Assembly (NCBI GenBank): GCA_034530615.2
Contig: JAVRCV020000048.1
Span: forward strand, 1 to 64,000
Direction of reading: 5' to 3'
Source: Aulosira sp. ZfuVER01
GTDB lineage: Bacteria; Cyanobacteriota; Cyanobacteriia; Cyanobacteriales; Nostocaceae
Length of the DNA stretch: 64,000 nt
Within the stretch, counting starts at the first letter, position 1. Each line of letters opens with the position of its first letter. The notes under the pieces were generated by a model. That model did not search any database. It saw only the letters and a program-made list of their open reading frames with translations, and was not told the DNA's origin. The translations under genes and the position numbers were made by a program. This document shows, piece by piece, positions 1-10,047 of this stretch.

Positions 1-127
1 ACGCTTACACTCAACAAATTTGGGCTTTACCTCCTTAAGTTGACACCAATGAACAATGTTGTGTCCTTTTGATTTTTCAGCAACATTCAGGCTTTGAAGT
101 GCAAGTTTCAGGGCAAAAATATTTACA

Positions 128-195
128 GTCATTGCGAGCGTTGGCGTAGCCTCTCGTAGAGCAGCGAAGCAATCCTAAGCTTTGCGATTACTTCG
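128..195. repeat. Palindromic dispersed repeat (GTCATTGCGAGCG...CGAAGCAATC...GATTACTTCG) interrupted by a 21-nt insert at 141-161
   Basis: CGAAGCAATC and GATTACTTCG are imperfect inverted arms. The insert TTGGCGTAGCCTCTCGTAGAG matches the 21-mer at 43905-43925 (minus strand) at 17/21 positions. Confidence 0.6.
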
Positions 196-374
196 TTCCA
201 CCCGCCCACGCAAGTGTCCTCGCCTTTACGTGAGACTCATTCATAATTTCAAACAGCAACGCCAAAAATCCCTGTAAGTTAAGATCGCTAAAAAGTAAAA
301 GCTGAATATTACTGTGAAAAGATCGCCCAAAAGACCAGCTAGCGTGGAAAATATTTAGAGTGTTGCCCAAAATT

Positions 375-1553
375 ATGGATAATTCCTCTGTGGTTGCTCA
401 AGCAAATGGATCTCTACATAACTACAATCCAGAAAATACGCTTCCAGTGGATTCAACTGAGAAAAGGGTAGGTAATGATTTTGATTCCCTGATGATGCGG
501 CGGTGTTTAGAACTCGCCCGTCGTGCTTTGGGACGCACTTCACCAAATCCGCTAGTAGGTGCAGTGGTAGTTAAAGATGGGGAGATTGTGGGGGAAGGGT
601 TTCATCCCCGTGCTGGTGAACCTCATGCTGAAGTTTTTGCGCTCAGAGCAGCAGGCGATCGCGCTCGTGGTGCTACAGTCTATGTGAGTCTGGAACCTTG
701 TAACCATTACGGGCGTACTCCGCCTTGTTCTGAAGGTTTGATTAATGCGGGAGTAGCAAAGGTGGTGGTGGGTATGGTAGACCCGAATCCACTGGTAGCT
801 GGAGGTGGTATAGCCCGGTTACGTGCAGCAGGTATAGAAGTTTTAGTGGGAGTAGAAGAAGCCGCCTGCAAAGAACTCAACGAAGCTTTTGTGCATCGCA
901 TTCTCTACAAACGCCCTTTAGGCATTTTGAAGTATGCCATGACTTTAGATGGCAAAATTGCTACTACTTCCGGTCATAGTGCTTGGGTGACAAACCAACA
1001 CGCCCGCAGTGAAGTACATCAACTACGGGCGGCTTGCGATGCAGTAATTGTTGGCGGTAACACCGTGCGGCAGGATAATCCTTACTTAACTAGCCATCAG
1101 GTAGGGGCCCATAATCCCTTGCGGGTAGTGATGAGCCGCCATCTCAACTTGCCAGAAAATGCTCACCTGTGGCAAACTTCTGAGGCTCCTACTGTGGTGT
1201 TGACAGAAATAGGTGCTAACCCTAATGTTCAAGAAATGTTACGGCAACAGGGAGTGGAAGTGGTGGAGTTCACGTTACTCACACCAGATGTGGTCATGGC
1301 TCACTTATATGAACGGGGTTTCTGTAGCGTATTGTGGGAATGTGGCGGGACTTTAGCTGCGAGTGCGATCGCTCAGAAAGCGGTGCAAAAAATTCTTGCC
1401 TTTATTGCTCCTAAAATCATTGGTGGTAGTTCTGCACCCACGCCCGTAGGCGACTTGGGTTTTACCACTATGACTGAAGCTTTGCCCCTAGAAAATGTTC
1501 GTTGGCGTGTAGTGGGTTCTGATTGCTTGGTAGAAGGTTATTTACCCCGATAA
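375..1553 (+). CDS. ribD: Bifunctional riboflavin biosynthesis deaminase/reductase RibD
   Basis: SPNPLVGAV, HAE and LEPCNHYGRTPPC zinc-deaminase motifs, plus the reductase domain (TLDGKIA, ECGGTLA). ATG at 375 preferred over GTG at 360. Confidence 0.97.
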   Translation: MDNSSVVAQANGSLHNYNPENTLPVDSTEKRVGNDFDSLMMRRCLELARRALGRTSPNPLVGAVVVKDGEIVGEGFHPRAGEPHAEVFALRAAGDRARGATVYVSLEPCNHYGRTPPCSEGLINAGVAKVVVGMVDPNPLVAGGGIARLRAAGIEVLVGVEEAACKELNEAFVHRILYKRPLGILKYAMTLDGKIATTSGHSAWVTNQHARSEVHQLRAACDAVIVGGNTVRQDNPYLTSHQVGAHNPLRVVMSRHLNLPENAHLWQTSEAPTVVLTEIGANPNVQEMLRQQGVEVVEFTLLTPDVVMAHLYERGFCSVLWECGGTLAASAIAQKAVQKILAFIAPKIIGGSSAPTPVGDLGFTTMTEALPLENVRWRVVGSDCLVEGYLPR

Positions 1554-1619
1554 ATAAATCGTCAATAGTCCAGAGTAATCACTTTTAACTACGGACTAAT
1601 GCATTGTCAGCAATTATCA

Positions 1620-1835
1620 TTAACACTGTCGCTCATAAGCCAGATCCCGAATTAGGGAGAGCCGAGATTGAATGTAATCACAGAGAAAATCGGTTTCACT
1701 AGGTTCTAGGATTGCTTGGGTGTTGGTCTGTTTTACCAACCACTGTACCAAGTTAGCATCGTCTAGCTGTAATAGAGTCTTGGTGTGGGTAGTTTCAACC
1801 ACAGACCAAAGCTGACGCATAATTTTAGGAGTCAT
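1620..1835 (-). CDS. Small hypothetical protein of a type common in cyanobacteria
   Basis: 71-aa ORF (MTPKIMRQLWSVVE...YIQSRLSLIRDLA) with GAGG upstream; convergent with ribD. Confidence 0.75.
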   Translation of the reverse strand: MTPKIMRQLWSVVETTHTKTLLQLDDANLVQWLVKQTNTQAILEPSETDFLCDYIQSRLSLIRDLAYERQC

Positions 1836-2407
1836 CAGACCTCAATTTAAGTATTAACTTAGCTGTCTTCAGATTACACAATTCCGATAACAGATTACGG
1901 CATGGATGTCGAAGCTGAGACAACTATTATCAAAAGCTTAATAAACTGATTTATAACTTTATGAAGATTAAGAATAAGCAATCACAATCGGCAGATATCT
2001 CTGATAGTTTACCCAAAAAATTAAGGTATATATACTTAAAATATCCTAAATCTTACTGTTTTAATCGGAAGAAAAAATAATATTATTCTGTCCACTCAGA
2101 ACTTCTGAATCCAAGGGCTAGCGACAGCCATCAACAAGCACGTTGCATTATTTCAATTTCTTGGTGCGAAAGCATTGAAATATCAGATTTCGAGATTGAA
2201 CTCTGCCAAAAATGAGATAAGAAGAATTATGACTTAAATTAATTTACCTTCTCTAAAGGGTTTCTATATCCTTGGGAGGAAGAGAAATCTCAAGATTTTG
2301 TGTTCGTGATGAGCAGTATAACAAATTACTTTGTAAGTTTGCAATATTTAGTTATCAGTTATCAATAACACCAAAATTTTCAGCTATTTCTCAACCTCAA
2401 ATCCGTT

Positions 2408-2794
2408 TTAATCTTTGTATTCTACCCAGCTATTAGGTGTTTCAGAAACTCGGACTTTCAGTTCCACATCTAAGGGTAAACGCTTCTTAGTTTGGTCATA
2501 AATATACTTAGCAATCATCTCCGCAGTTGTTTCGTATTCAGGAGGTAAGACTTCATTTAGAATGCAGTGGTCTAGTCCTCCTTTGGTTACATCTTGTTTA
2601 GCCCAACGTAAAGTTCTAAAGTCAGCAACCATGACTGAGTGTGGGCAGTATTCTGAAGAGTGCAACTGCGATGATTTTGCTTCAACTCTCACTTTATAGG
2701 TATGTCCGTGCATTCGACCGCAAGGGCCATCGTAATCTTTGATGTAGTGGGCGCTATCAAAGGTGAATTCTGTTACTAATTTCCATTCGGGCAT
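2408..2794 (-). CDS. queD: 6-carboxytetrahydropterin synthase (QueD/PTPS family)
   Basis: FDSAH, CGRMHGHTY, LDH, TTAE and VSETP motifs; GAGGTG Shine-Dalgarno. Confidence 0.92.
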   Translation of the reverse strand: MPEWKLVTEFTFDSAHYIKDYDGPCGRMHGHTYKVRVEAKSSQLHSSEYCPHSVMVADFRTLRWAKQDVTKGGLDHCILNEVLPPEYETTAEMIAKYIYDQTKKRLPLDVELKVRVSETPNSWVEYKD

Positions 2795-2932
2795 TTTGAC
2801 ATCACCTCTTAGTCTCTTGTGACGTAAATACTCACGTCACCATATCTCATTAACAACCCTAACAAGATATTTTCAAGTATTGCTTAATTCTTGTTGGCAT
2901 GACTATAAGGTGGTTTACCAGACAAACAATCA

Positions 2933-2980
2933 AAAAGCGCGATCGCTCTTTGGGATAGCATTGAGTGCGATCGCGCTTTT
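2933..2980 (-). terminator. Probable intrinsic terminator downstream of the PEP-CTERM gene; the stem contains two HIP1 octamers
   Basis: Perfect 14-bp inverted repeat AAAAGCGCGATCGC / GCGATCGCGCTTTT with A/T tails. Confidence 0.65.
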
Positions 2981-3049
2981 GCTGAAACAGTGATTAACTC
3001 AACCTCTGTACCTCAAGCCAAAACAGGCTTGTGCAGCATAATTAATTTA

Positions 3050-3757
3050 CTAGGCCTTTGTGGTAGCGGCTGTTCGCTTACGTTTCGCCCACCAACCAAA
3101 ACCTAGAGCTATTGCTGAACCACCTATCGTTAGAGGTTCAGGGACAGACTTTTCAACCCCAACTGTGAATCCATGCCAGTACTCTGGCTTAGGAGTAGTC
3201 CAACTGATTGAGGATACGTTTCCTAAAAATTGAATAACTCCATGTCCTTCCACACCTTCCAATACGTTTCCGGCTAACTTAGCCAAGGTTCCATTACCCC
3301 AGTATCCAGCACCAACACTCAGAATATTGAATGGAGTATCAAAATTGTACTGTACTGGCACTCCAGCTTCTCCAAGACTAACAATCGCCATAACAGGGTT
3401 TAAGACTGCTTTAGAAAAGCTAATTGTATTTACTGTGCTATTGCCGCCGTTCAGCGCAATAATATCACTTGCTGGGGGAGCGTTCGGTACGGTTGCACTA
3501 ATATAAGGTGTGGACGGATTCCAGTAATTAGTTCCCCCCGAAGTTTGTGCAAAGTTGACTTCACCGTTGTACGTGACTGAAATTGGAGACTCTCCAGCAG
3601 GGGTGATAGTACCCTGTGCCAATCCCGGATTACCTGGGGTAGCGGAAGTCCAATCTGTCCAAGCGATGCTTGCGGCTGAAGCGGGTTTAGCACTAACAGC
3701 AGCAACAGATAGGGCAACACTAGTGGTAGCAATAGCAAGCTTTTTAGCTAATTTCAT
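3050..3757 (-). CDS. PEP-CTERM sorting-domain surface protein
   Basis: Signal peptide MKLAKKLAIA...PASAA; C-terminal VPEP, hydrophobic helix and basic tail (KRKR). ATG at 3757 preferred. Confidence 0.9.
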   Translation of the reverse strand: MKLAKKLAIATTSVALSVAAVSAKPASAASIAWTDWTSATPGNPGLAQGTITPAGESPISVTYNGEVNFAQTSGGTNYWNPSTPYISATVPNAPPASDIIALNGGNSTVNTISFSKAVLNPVMAIVSLGEAGVPVQYNFDTPFNILSVGAGYWGNGTLAKLAGNVLEGVEGHGVIQFLGNVSSISWTTPKPEYWHGFTVGVEKSVPEPLTIGGSAIALGFGWWAKRKRTAATTKA

Positions 3758-4276
3758 GTAATTCTCCACAACAAAAGTACAAAAGTTGAACTTTTGCGAT
3801 CGCCACACTGCACATTTCACAATTGGCAGCGATCGCCAGAGAATTCACCCATGATTTCAGGAATGACTAATTTAAAGTAATGAAATGCACTACTCTACGC
3901 TAGTGTATTCACTGTCAGCATTTGTTATACTTATGCATTCTTTAATTTGTATTCTCCTGAGCAGTAGTCTATGATATCTAGCCTGCAAAAAATCCAAATT
4001 AAACAACCTAGCTCATAACTCAAATGCTTTTTTATTCTCTGAATAACGTAATATTGCGGTAGATGTATGTGTCATATAGTACTATATTTCAACACCGATG
4101 ATTGAACTAAAAATCAGCTTATACTTCAATTCTTCATTAAAAAAACATATTTTATCCTTTTCTTTCTAAGGATGTAAATCCTGCAAAGTAAGCAGAGTTA
4201 GATTTCTTGTTGTTTATAGTACTTTTGCGAATATCAATTTTTGATAAAGTTGAATAGGCACAATGAACTAAGTACA

Positions 4277-4424
4277 CGTACATTCGGGTAGCTCAATCGA
4301 TTACGGGGTTTGAGTAAGGATTATGAGTTGTATAGAGAGTTAAGTGAAGTAATGATTTATGGCTCGTTGATTCGTCTGATGCTCAAGCGCATGGCATCTT
4401 CAGCTTTTGTTTACAAATCAGCTC
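4277..4424 (+). mobile_element. IS5-family (IS1031-like) remnant: transposase C-terminus plus right end
   Basis: Translates as RTFG*LNRLRGLSKDYELYRELSEVMIYGSLIRLMLKRM, matching the ERTFGW..RRLSKDYE motif with Trp replaced by a stop. Bases 4400-4425 are the exact reverse complement of 43596-43621. Confidence 0.85.
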
Positions 4425-4487
4425 TTAGTTAAAGCTAAATTATTAGATTGGACTTCTGGCAAAATCTAAATAAGTTGAAAATAAAAA

Positions 4488-4597
4488 ATGAATGCAGATA
4501 AACATAGGTTTTGATCTGCATTCATGTCTTTTTTATCTTATGAATGAACTAGTTTTCTAGCCATTAGTTCATATCTAATTTATGACTAATGGCTAGA
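4488..4597 (-). terminator. Two hairpins downstream of glsF
   Basis: TCTAGCCATTAGT/ACTAATGGCTAGA (4556-4597) and ATGAATGCAGAT/ATCTGCATTCAT (4488-4525); the latter is flanked by A/T runs. Confidence 0.65.
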
Positions 4598-4605
4598 TTC
4601 AGCAA

Positions 4606-7600
4606 TTAAACTGTACTTAACTGCTTAATTTGAGGATTTGCTTCTGGACTGTCAGCCTCTGAAGGTGGCACTAATTGCCAGAACTTAGGTAAAAATTCCT
4701 GCCAGTTTTGCAGAATCATCTTCGCTTTTGCCGAGCCAGTGCGATCGCAATGTGTTTGAATTAATTCTTGCAATTGCTTTTCACCTGCTTCTGAACTTAC
4801 CCGTTGGATTTTGACGATATCCTTGTTGACTAATTCAGGGAAGGAACCGTCTTCATCTAAGAAATATGCTAGTCCTCCAGTCATCCCGGCGGCTACGTTG
4901 CGTCCTACTTTACCGAGGACAACGATCGCACCGCCAGTCATATATTCACAGCAGTGATCTCCAGCACCTTCAATGACTGCTACACCTTTGGAGTTACGCA
5001 CAGCAAAGCGTTCTCCGGCTAAACCGTTGGCAAATAACACCCCACCGGTAGCACCGTAGAGGCAGGTATTGCCAACTATGACATTTTGTGCAGGGTTATA
5101 GTTTGCACTAGCCGGGGGTTTGATGATGATTTCACCACCGTGCATCCCTTTGCCTACATAGTCGTTAGCTTCTCCTTCCAGTCTGAGAATCATACCAGGA
5201 AGGTTGAAAGCTCCAAAACTCTGCCCTACACTACCTTGGAAGTTGAGATGAATTTGTCCAGCAAAACCACTATCGCCATATTTAGAAGCGATCGCTCCTG
5301 ATAATCTAGCACCTACTGTTCTGTCGGTATTGACAATTTTCAAGGTTTTGCTGACTGTGGATTGATGACGAATCGCAGCTTGTATATCAGGATCGGCAAG
5401 CAATTGGTCATCTATAACCGCACCGTTGCTGTGAACTTCTTCATGCACCAACCAACTACGGTTGTCTTTAGTATCTGGTAGCTGAAGTAAGCAGTTAAGA
5501 TTGAGCGATTGCGTTTTGGTGAGTTGCACATCCTCACGCAATTTCAACAAATCTGCACGTCCAACTACTTCTGATAGCGAACGGTAGCCCAGTTTCGCCA
5601 AGAGACTACGTACTTCTTCAGCTACAAAGTAGAAGAAATTAACTACGTGTTCAGGCATTCCCGAGAACCGCTTCCGCAGTTCTTCTTTTTGGGAAGCAAC
5701 ACCCACAGGGCAGTTATTTGTATGGCAGATCCGCGCCATAATACAGCCCTCGGCAATCATGGCAATGGAGCCAAAACCAAATTCTTCACCACCCATCAAG
5801 GCACTAATTAGCACATCCCAGCCACTCTTCAGACCGCCATCTACCCGTAAAATGACGCGATCGCGCAGGCTGTTTTGCATCAGCACGCGATGCACTTCGC
5901 TCAAACCGAGTTCCCAAGGTGAACCAGCGTGTTTAATTGAACTCAGTGGTGACGCACCTGTACCGCCATCGTGTCCAGAAATCTGAATGATATCAGCGTT
6001 AGCTTTGGCTACACCAGCGGCGATCGTCCCAATGCCGATTTCTGCTACTAGCTTCACCGACACCTGCGCTTTCGGGTTGATTTGGTGCAGGTCAAAAATT
6101 AGCTGTGCTAGGTCTTCAATCGAGTAAATATCATGGTGTGGTGGTGGGGAAATTAAAGTTACACCAGGCTTAGAACGGCGTAACATCGCAATATAGGGAC
6201 TCACCTTTGGCCCTGGTAGTTGTCCACCTTCACCTGGCTTGGCACCTTGAGCAATTTTGATTTCAATTTGTTTGGCGCTGGCTAAGTAGCCTGGGGTGAC
6301 ACCAAAGCGTCCTGATGCGACTTGTTTAATGGCACTGGAAGCAGTGTCACCATTCCGCAATCCTTTGAGGTGGGGGAGGGTGGATGAGTGGCCAGATTCG
6401 TCTACATCATCCAAAACTTTGTAACGTACAGGATCTTCGCCACCTTCACCAGAGTTAGATTTACCGCCAATCCGGTTCATGGCGATTGCTAAAGTTTCGT
6501 GTGCTTCTCTTGACAAAGCACCTAAAGACATACCACCAGTGCAGAAGCGCTCCACAATCTTGCTGATTGACTCTACTTCTTCTAAAGGAATTGGTGAGCG
6601 ATCGCTTTGGAAGTCTAACAAATCGCGTAAAGCTGTTACTGGTCTACCTTGTAGATGCTTTTTGTAAACCTCGTAGTGGTCGTATTGCTTGCCATCTACA
6701 GCCTTATGCAATGCTTTTGCCAGTTCGGGGCTATTCATGTGGTACTCGCCGCCGCGACGGTACTGGACAAAGCCCAAGTTTTCTAACTTCTTGCTTGTTA
6801 ATTCTGGGAAAGCTTTGTGATGGAAGGAAAGTATTTCCGTAGCTAGTTCACTCACACTCAAACCACCGATACGGGAGGCTGTACCCTTGAATCCCAGTTC
6901 TAGCAAATCTCCACCGATACCGATGGCTTCAAAGATTTGTGCTGCTTGATAGCTGGAGAGTAAAGAAATTCCCATCTTGGAGAGAATTTTCAGTAATCCA
7001 GATTCTACTGCTTTACGATAGTTGGCTAAAGCTTTCTCTAGGGTAATGCTAGCGATTTGTCCCCGTGCCATAAACTGCTGAGTTTTAGGATCTGACCACC
7101 AATCGCGGACACTGTCTAAAGCCATATAAGGACAAACTGCACCAGCACCATAGCCAATTAGACAGCCAAAGTGATGAGTACTCCAACATTGGGCAGTATC
7201 AACAATTAGGGATGCTTTCATCCGCAAACCTTCACGGATCAGGTGATGGTGGACAGCACCAACTGCTAACAGTGGGGGAATGTAGCTGTATTCTGTGCCT
7301 AGAGGAGAGCGATCGCTTAATATCAAAATCTTCGCACCCGCCCGCACCGATTCAGCTGCTTTGGCTTGTAAAGCTGCAACTGCTGCTTTTAAGCCTTCTG
7401 GGCCTGTGGCAATTTCAAACAGAGTTGATAATTCGGCAGTGGCAAATCCTGAAAGTTTAATCGCCTCTAATTCTGTCTCTGTCAGCACTGGCGACTCTAG
7501 TTTGATTCTCCGAGCATACTCTGGCTTGGGTTCTAATAAGTTACCTCGTTCGCCCAGTTCGACTTTCAGCGACATCACTAGTTTTTCCCGTAAGGGATCA

Positions 7601-9309
7601 ATTGCTGGGTTTGTCACCTGTGCAAAGCGCTGTTTGAAATAGTCATAAAGCAAGTGGGGCTTTTCTGAGAGCACTGCTAGGGGAATATCATCTCCCATAC
7701 AGAAAGTCGGCTCTGAACCTTGCATTGCCATTGGCTGAATCACCATTTCTACATCTTCTGTGGTGTAGCCAAAGGCAACTTGATGTTGCAACAAGGTTTG
7801 TCTATCAATTTTTTCTGTTGTTATGTGTCCGTTGTTAGTTGCAGTATGGCCATTACCATTATTGTTAATTGCTTTATGTCCATTACCATTGGTCGCTGAA
7901 CCATGACCATTTACCAATTCTTTCAGTTCTTGGCGGTGTTGTTTCAACCATTCCCCGTAAGGGTGCTGTTTGGCGATGCGCTGTTTAATTTCCCAATTTT
8001 TCAGCACCTCATTGGTGGTTAAATCCACGGCAATCATCTGCCCAGGGCCAAGCCTACCTTTTTCAATAATGTTAGCTTCTGGAAGGTCTACTACACCTGC
8101 TTCCGAAGCTACAACTATGTAGTCGTCTTTGGTGATGGCGTAACGAGCTGGTCTTAAGCCATTACGATCTAATGTAGCTCCAACTTTTTGCCCATCGCTA
8201 AATACTAAAAGTGCTGGGCCATCCCACGCTTCTTGCAAGCCGCTGTAGTATTCGTAAAAATCGGTAATTTCTGGATAGTCTTGTAGAGAAGGCTGATTTT
8301 GATAAGCCTCTGGAACCAGCATCATCAAGGATTCCAAGGGGCTGCGTCCCGAACGCACCAGTAATTCAAATACGTTATCAAGGGTAGCTGAGTCGCTATT
8401 GTCAATATGGACTAATGGCTTGAGTTCTTTAATGCGATCGCCCCATACAGGATGTTCTAGACTAGCTTCTCTAGCCATCATCCAGTTGATGTTTCCTAAC
8501 AAAGTGTTGATTTCGCCGTTATGACCTAACAACCGCATTGGTTGAGCTAAAGGCCACTTGGGCATTGTGTTGGTACTAAAACGGCGATGATAGACTGCAA
8601 AAGCACTTTTGTAAGCGGGATTTTTTAAATCATCATAAAAATCTCCCAACACAGCAGAACGCACCATGCCTTTATAAACAATTGTGCGGCTCGATAAGGA
8701 GCAAATGTAAAAGTCATCGGAGATACTTTTTGCTGCTTTAAAAATCCGACGGCGGGTAATATACAGTTCCCGTTCTAGTTCTTCACCACTTTTGTTTGCA
8801 GAAGATAAAAAGACTTGTTCGATTTGGGGTTGATTTTCTTTGGCTTGTACCCCTAATGAATTAGGCTGCACTGGTACTACTCGCCAGCCCAGTACAGTTA
8901 ATTTTTCCTCCGCCGCAATTTGTTCAACCATTACTCGCGATTTTTGCGCGGCTTCGGGGTCTTGCGGTAAGAAGACCATGCCCACAGCCAAATTTCTGCT
9001 GGATACAGCTTCTATCTCTCTTGGGATATAGTCTTCTTGGAACAACTCCCAAGGTATGGCTGTCAATATTCCTGCACCATCGCCTGAGTCTTGGTCAGCG
9101 CTACAACCACCCCGATGTTCTAAGCAAGTCAAAGCAGCTAAAGCTTTGTCCACAATTTCGTGGCTGGCAAAATTCTGGCGATGGGCGATAAACCCTACAC
9201 CACAAGCATCTCGTTCCTCAACTAACCACCTTTGCCCCTGGTAACTATCCCTTGAGTCAGTATGTGAAAATGACATTTTCTGCACTTGATTCATTGGTTT
9301 ATTATGCAT
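4606..9309 (-). CDS. glsF: Ferredoxin-dependent glutamate synthase (Fd-GOGAT)
   Basis: ERDACGVGF Ntn N-terminal Cys, [11 protein letters not shown] domain ([11 protein letters not shown]), [3Fe-4S] motif [13 protein letters not shown] and GXGXG domain. 1567 aa with no adjacent gltD. Confidence 0.96.
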   Translation of the reverse strand: MHNKPMNQVQKMSFSHTDSRDSYQGQRWLVEERDACGVGFIAHRQNFASHEIVDKALAALTCLEHRGGCSADQDSGDGAGILTAIPWELFQEDYIPREIEAVSSRNLAVGMVFLPQDPEAAQKSRVMVEQIAAEEKLTVLGWRVVPVQPNSLGVQAKENQPQIEQVFLSSANKSGEELERELYITRRRIFKAAKSISDDFYICSLSSRTIVYKGMVRSAVLGDFYDDLKNPAYKSAFAVYHRRFSTNTMPKWPLAQPMRLLGHNGEINTLLGNINWMMAREASLEHPVWGDRIKELKPLVHIDNSDSATLDNVFELLVRSGRSPLESLMMLVPEAYQNQPSLQDYPEITDFYEYYSGLQEAWDGPALLVFSDGQKVGATLDRNGLRPARYAITKDDYIVVASEAGVVDLPEANIIEKGRLGPGQMIAVDLTTNEVLKNWEIKQRIAKQHPYGEWLKQHRQELKELVNGHGSATNGNGHKAINNNGNGHTATNNGHITTEKIDRQTLLQHQVAFGYTTEDVEMVIQPMAMQGSEPTFCMGDDIPLAVLSEKPHLLYDYFKQRFAQVTNPAIDPLREKLVMSLKVELGERGNLLEPKPEYARRIKLESPVLTETELEAIKLSGFATAELSTLFEIATGPEGLKAAVAALQAKAAESVRAGAKILILSDRSPLGTEYSYIPPLLAVGAVHHHLIREGLRMKASLIVDTAQCWSTHHFGCLIGYGAGAVCPYMALDSVRDWWSDPKTQQFMARGQIASITLEKALANYRKAVESGLLKILSKMGISLLSSYQAAQIFEAIGIGGDLLELGFKGTASRIGGLSVSELATEILSFHHKAFPELTSKKLENLGFVQYRRGGEYHMNSPELAKALHKAVDGKQYDHYEVYKKHLQGRPVTALRDLLDFQSDRSPIPLEEVESISKIVERFCTGGMSLGALSREAHETLAIAMNRIGGKSNSGEGGEDPVRYKVLDDVDESGHSSTLPHLKGLRNGDTASSAIKQVASGRFGVTPGYLASAKQIEIKIAQGAKPGEGGQLPGPKVSPYIAMLRRSKPGVTLISPPPHHDIYSIEDLAQLIFDLHQINPKAQVSVKLVAEIGIGTIAAGVAKANADIIQISGHDGGTGASPLSSIKHAGSPWELGLSEVHRVLMQNSLRDRVILRVDGGLKSGWDVLISALMGGEEFGFGSIAMIAEGCIMARICHTNNCPVGVASQKEELRKRFSGMPEHVVNFFYFVAEEVRSLLAKLGYRSLSEVVGRADLLKLREDVQLTKTQSLNLNCLLQLPDTKDNRSWLVHEEVHSNGAVIDDQLLADPDIQAAIRHQSTVSKTLKIVNTDRTVGARLSGAIASKYGDSGFAGQIHLNFQGSVGQSFGAFNLPGMILRLEGEANDYVGKGMHGGEIIIKPPASANYNPAQNVIVGNTCLYGATGGVLFANGLAGERFAVRNSKGVAVIEGAGDHCCEYMTGGAIVVLGKVGRNVAAGMTGGLAYFLDEDGSFPELVNKDIVKIQRVSSEAGEKQLQELIQTHCDRTGSAKAKMILQNWQEFLPKFWQLVPPSEADSPEANPQIKQLSTV

Positions 9310-10047
9310 AGCCTGTTCCTGAAATGCTGAGTTACGAATTTTGCCGCTGCTTGTGAGAAAAATTTCTCAAAATTGAGCAATGGAGGAAAACAACAATCAC
9401 CGAAATTTAAGGAAAAAAAATTTTAACTTCGGTTTTACGTTTTGATTCACCCGTGTTAAAATAATCGCGTTATTTTTTATGTGTTTATGCTGAGTTAGAC
9501 AAATTACCTTTGCCCTGTAGCTTTTTATGTATATCGTGAAGCTAAGTATTCTCTCAATTCTTTACCAGATGACAGCTAATTTCCAGGTAAAGCTATTTAT
9601 AACCAACCTGAAACAAAAGTTGCCGAAATTACCCTGATACGGTAATAAAATCAGCCTATTACACTATATGCCCATTTGACAATTCCTAAATATCTCTGTT
9701 GTTATCTAGATGTTTGTTGATTTTATTGATTGCCACTTGCGTTACTACTAGCTTTACCTCACTTAAGTAGCAACAGTAGCAAACATCGGTGAGGAGGGAA
9801 TATTTAAATCCAGCTTTAGAATACCAAAACGCTTGTCCTGGGTTGCTGGAAGCGCCAGTTAAAACACTGAGTTGCAGTATTTTTATGAATAAATGCTTGT
9901 TTGTTTCTACAAGAGATAACAAGCCATCATATATATTATCACGTTTCCTCAAAGCTCAGATCATTATTTTTTAAGAATTCTGAATCATAAATAAACCTAG
10001 CTCTTGGGTGATAGCTTTCCAAAGTACCTCGTAAATGATGTTGAAAT

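Noticed and set aside
2819..2840. Hairpin GTGACGT-N8-ACGTCAC upstream of queD as a possible preQ1 riboswitch
   Set aside because: I cannot see the conserved preQ1 loop or the A-rich tail.
5086..9244. Many 60-125 aa ORFs antisense to or overlapping glsF (likewise fusA, tuf, rne, sigA, gyrB, glcD and the pentapeptide gene)
   Set aside because: They lie within well-supported genes, lack recognisable motifs and are expected shadow ORFs.
9686..9974. Overlapping short ORFs between glsF and the glycosidase gene
   Set aside because: AT-rich divergent promoter region with non-ATG starts and no motifs.
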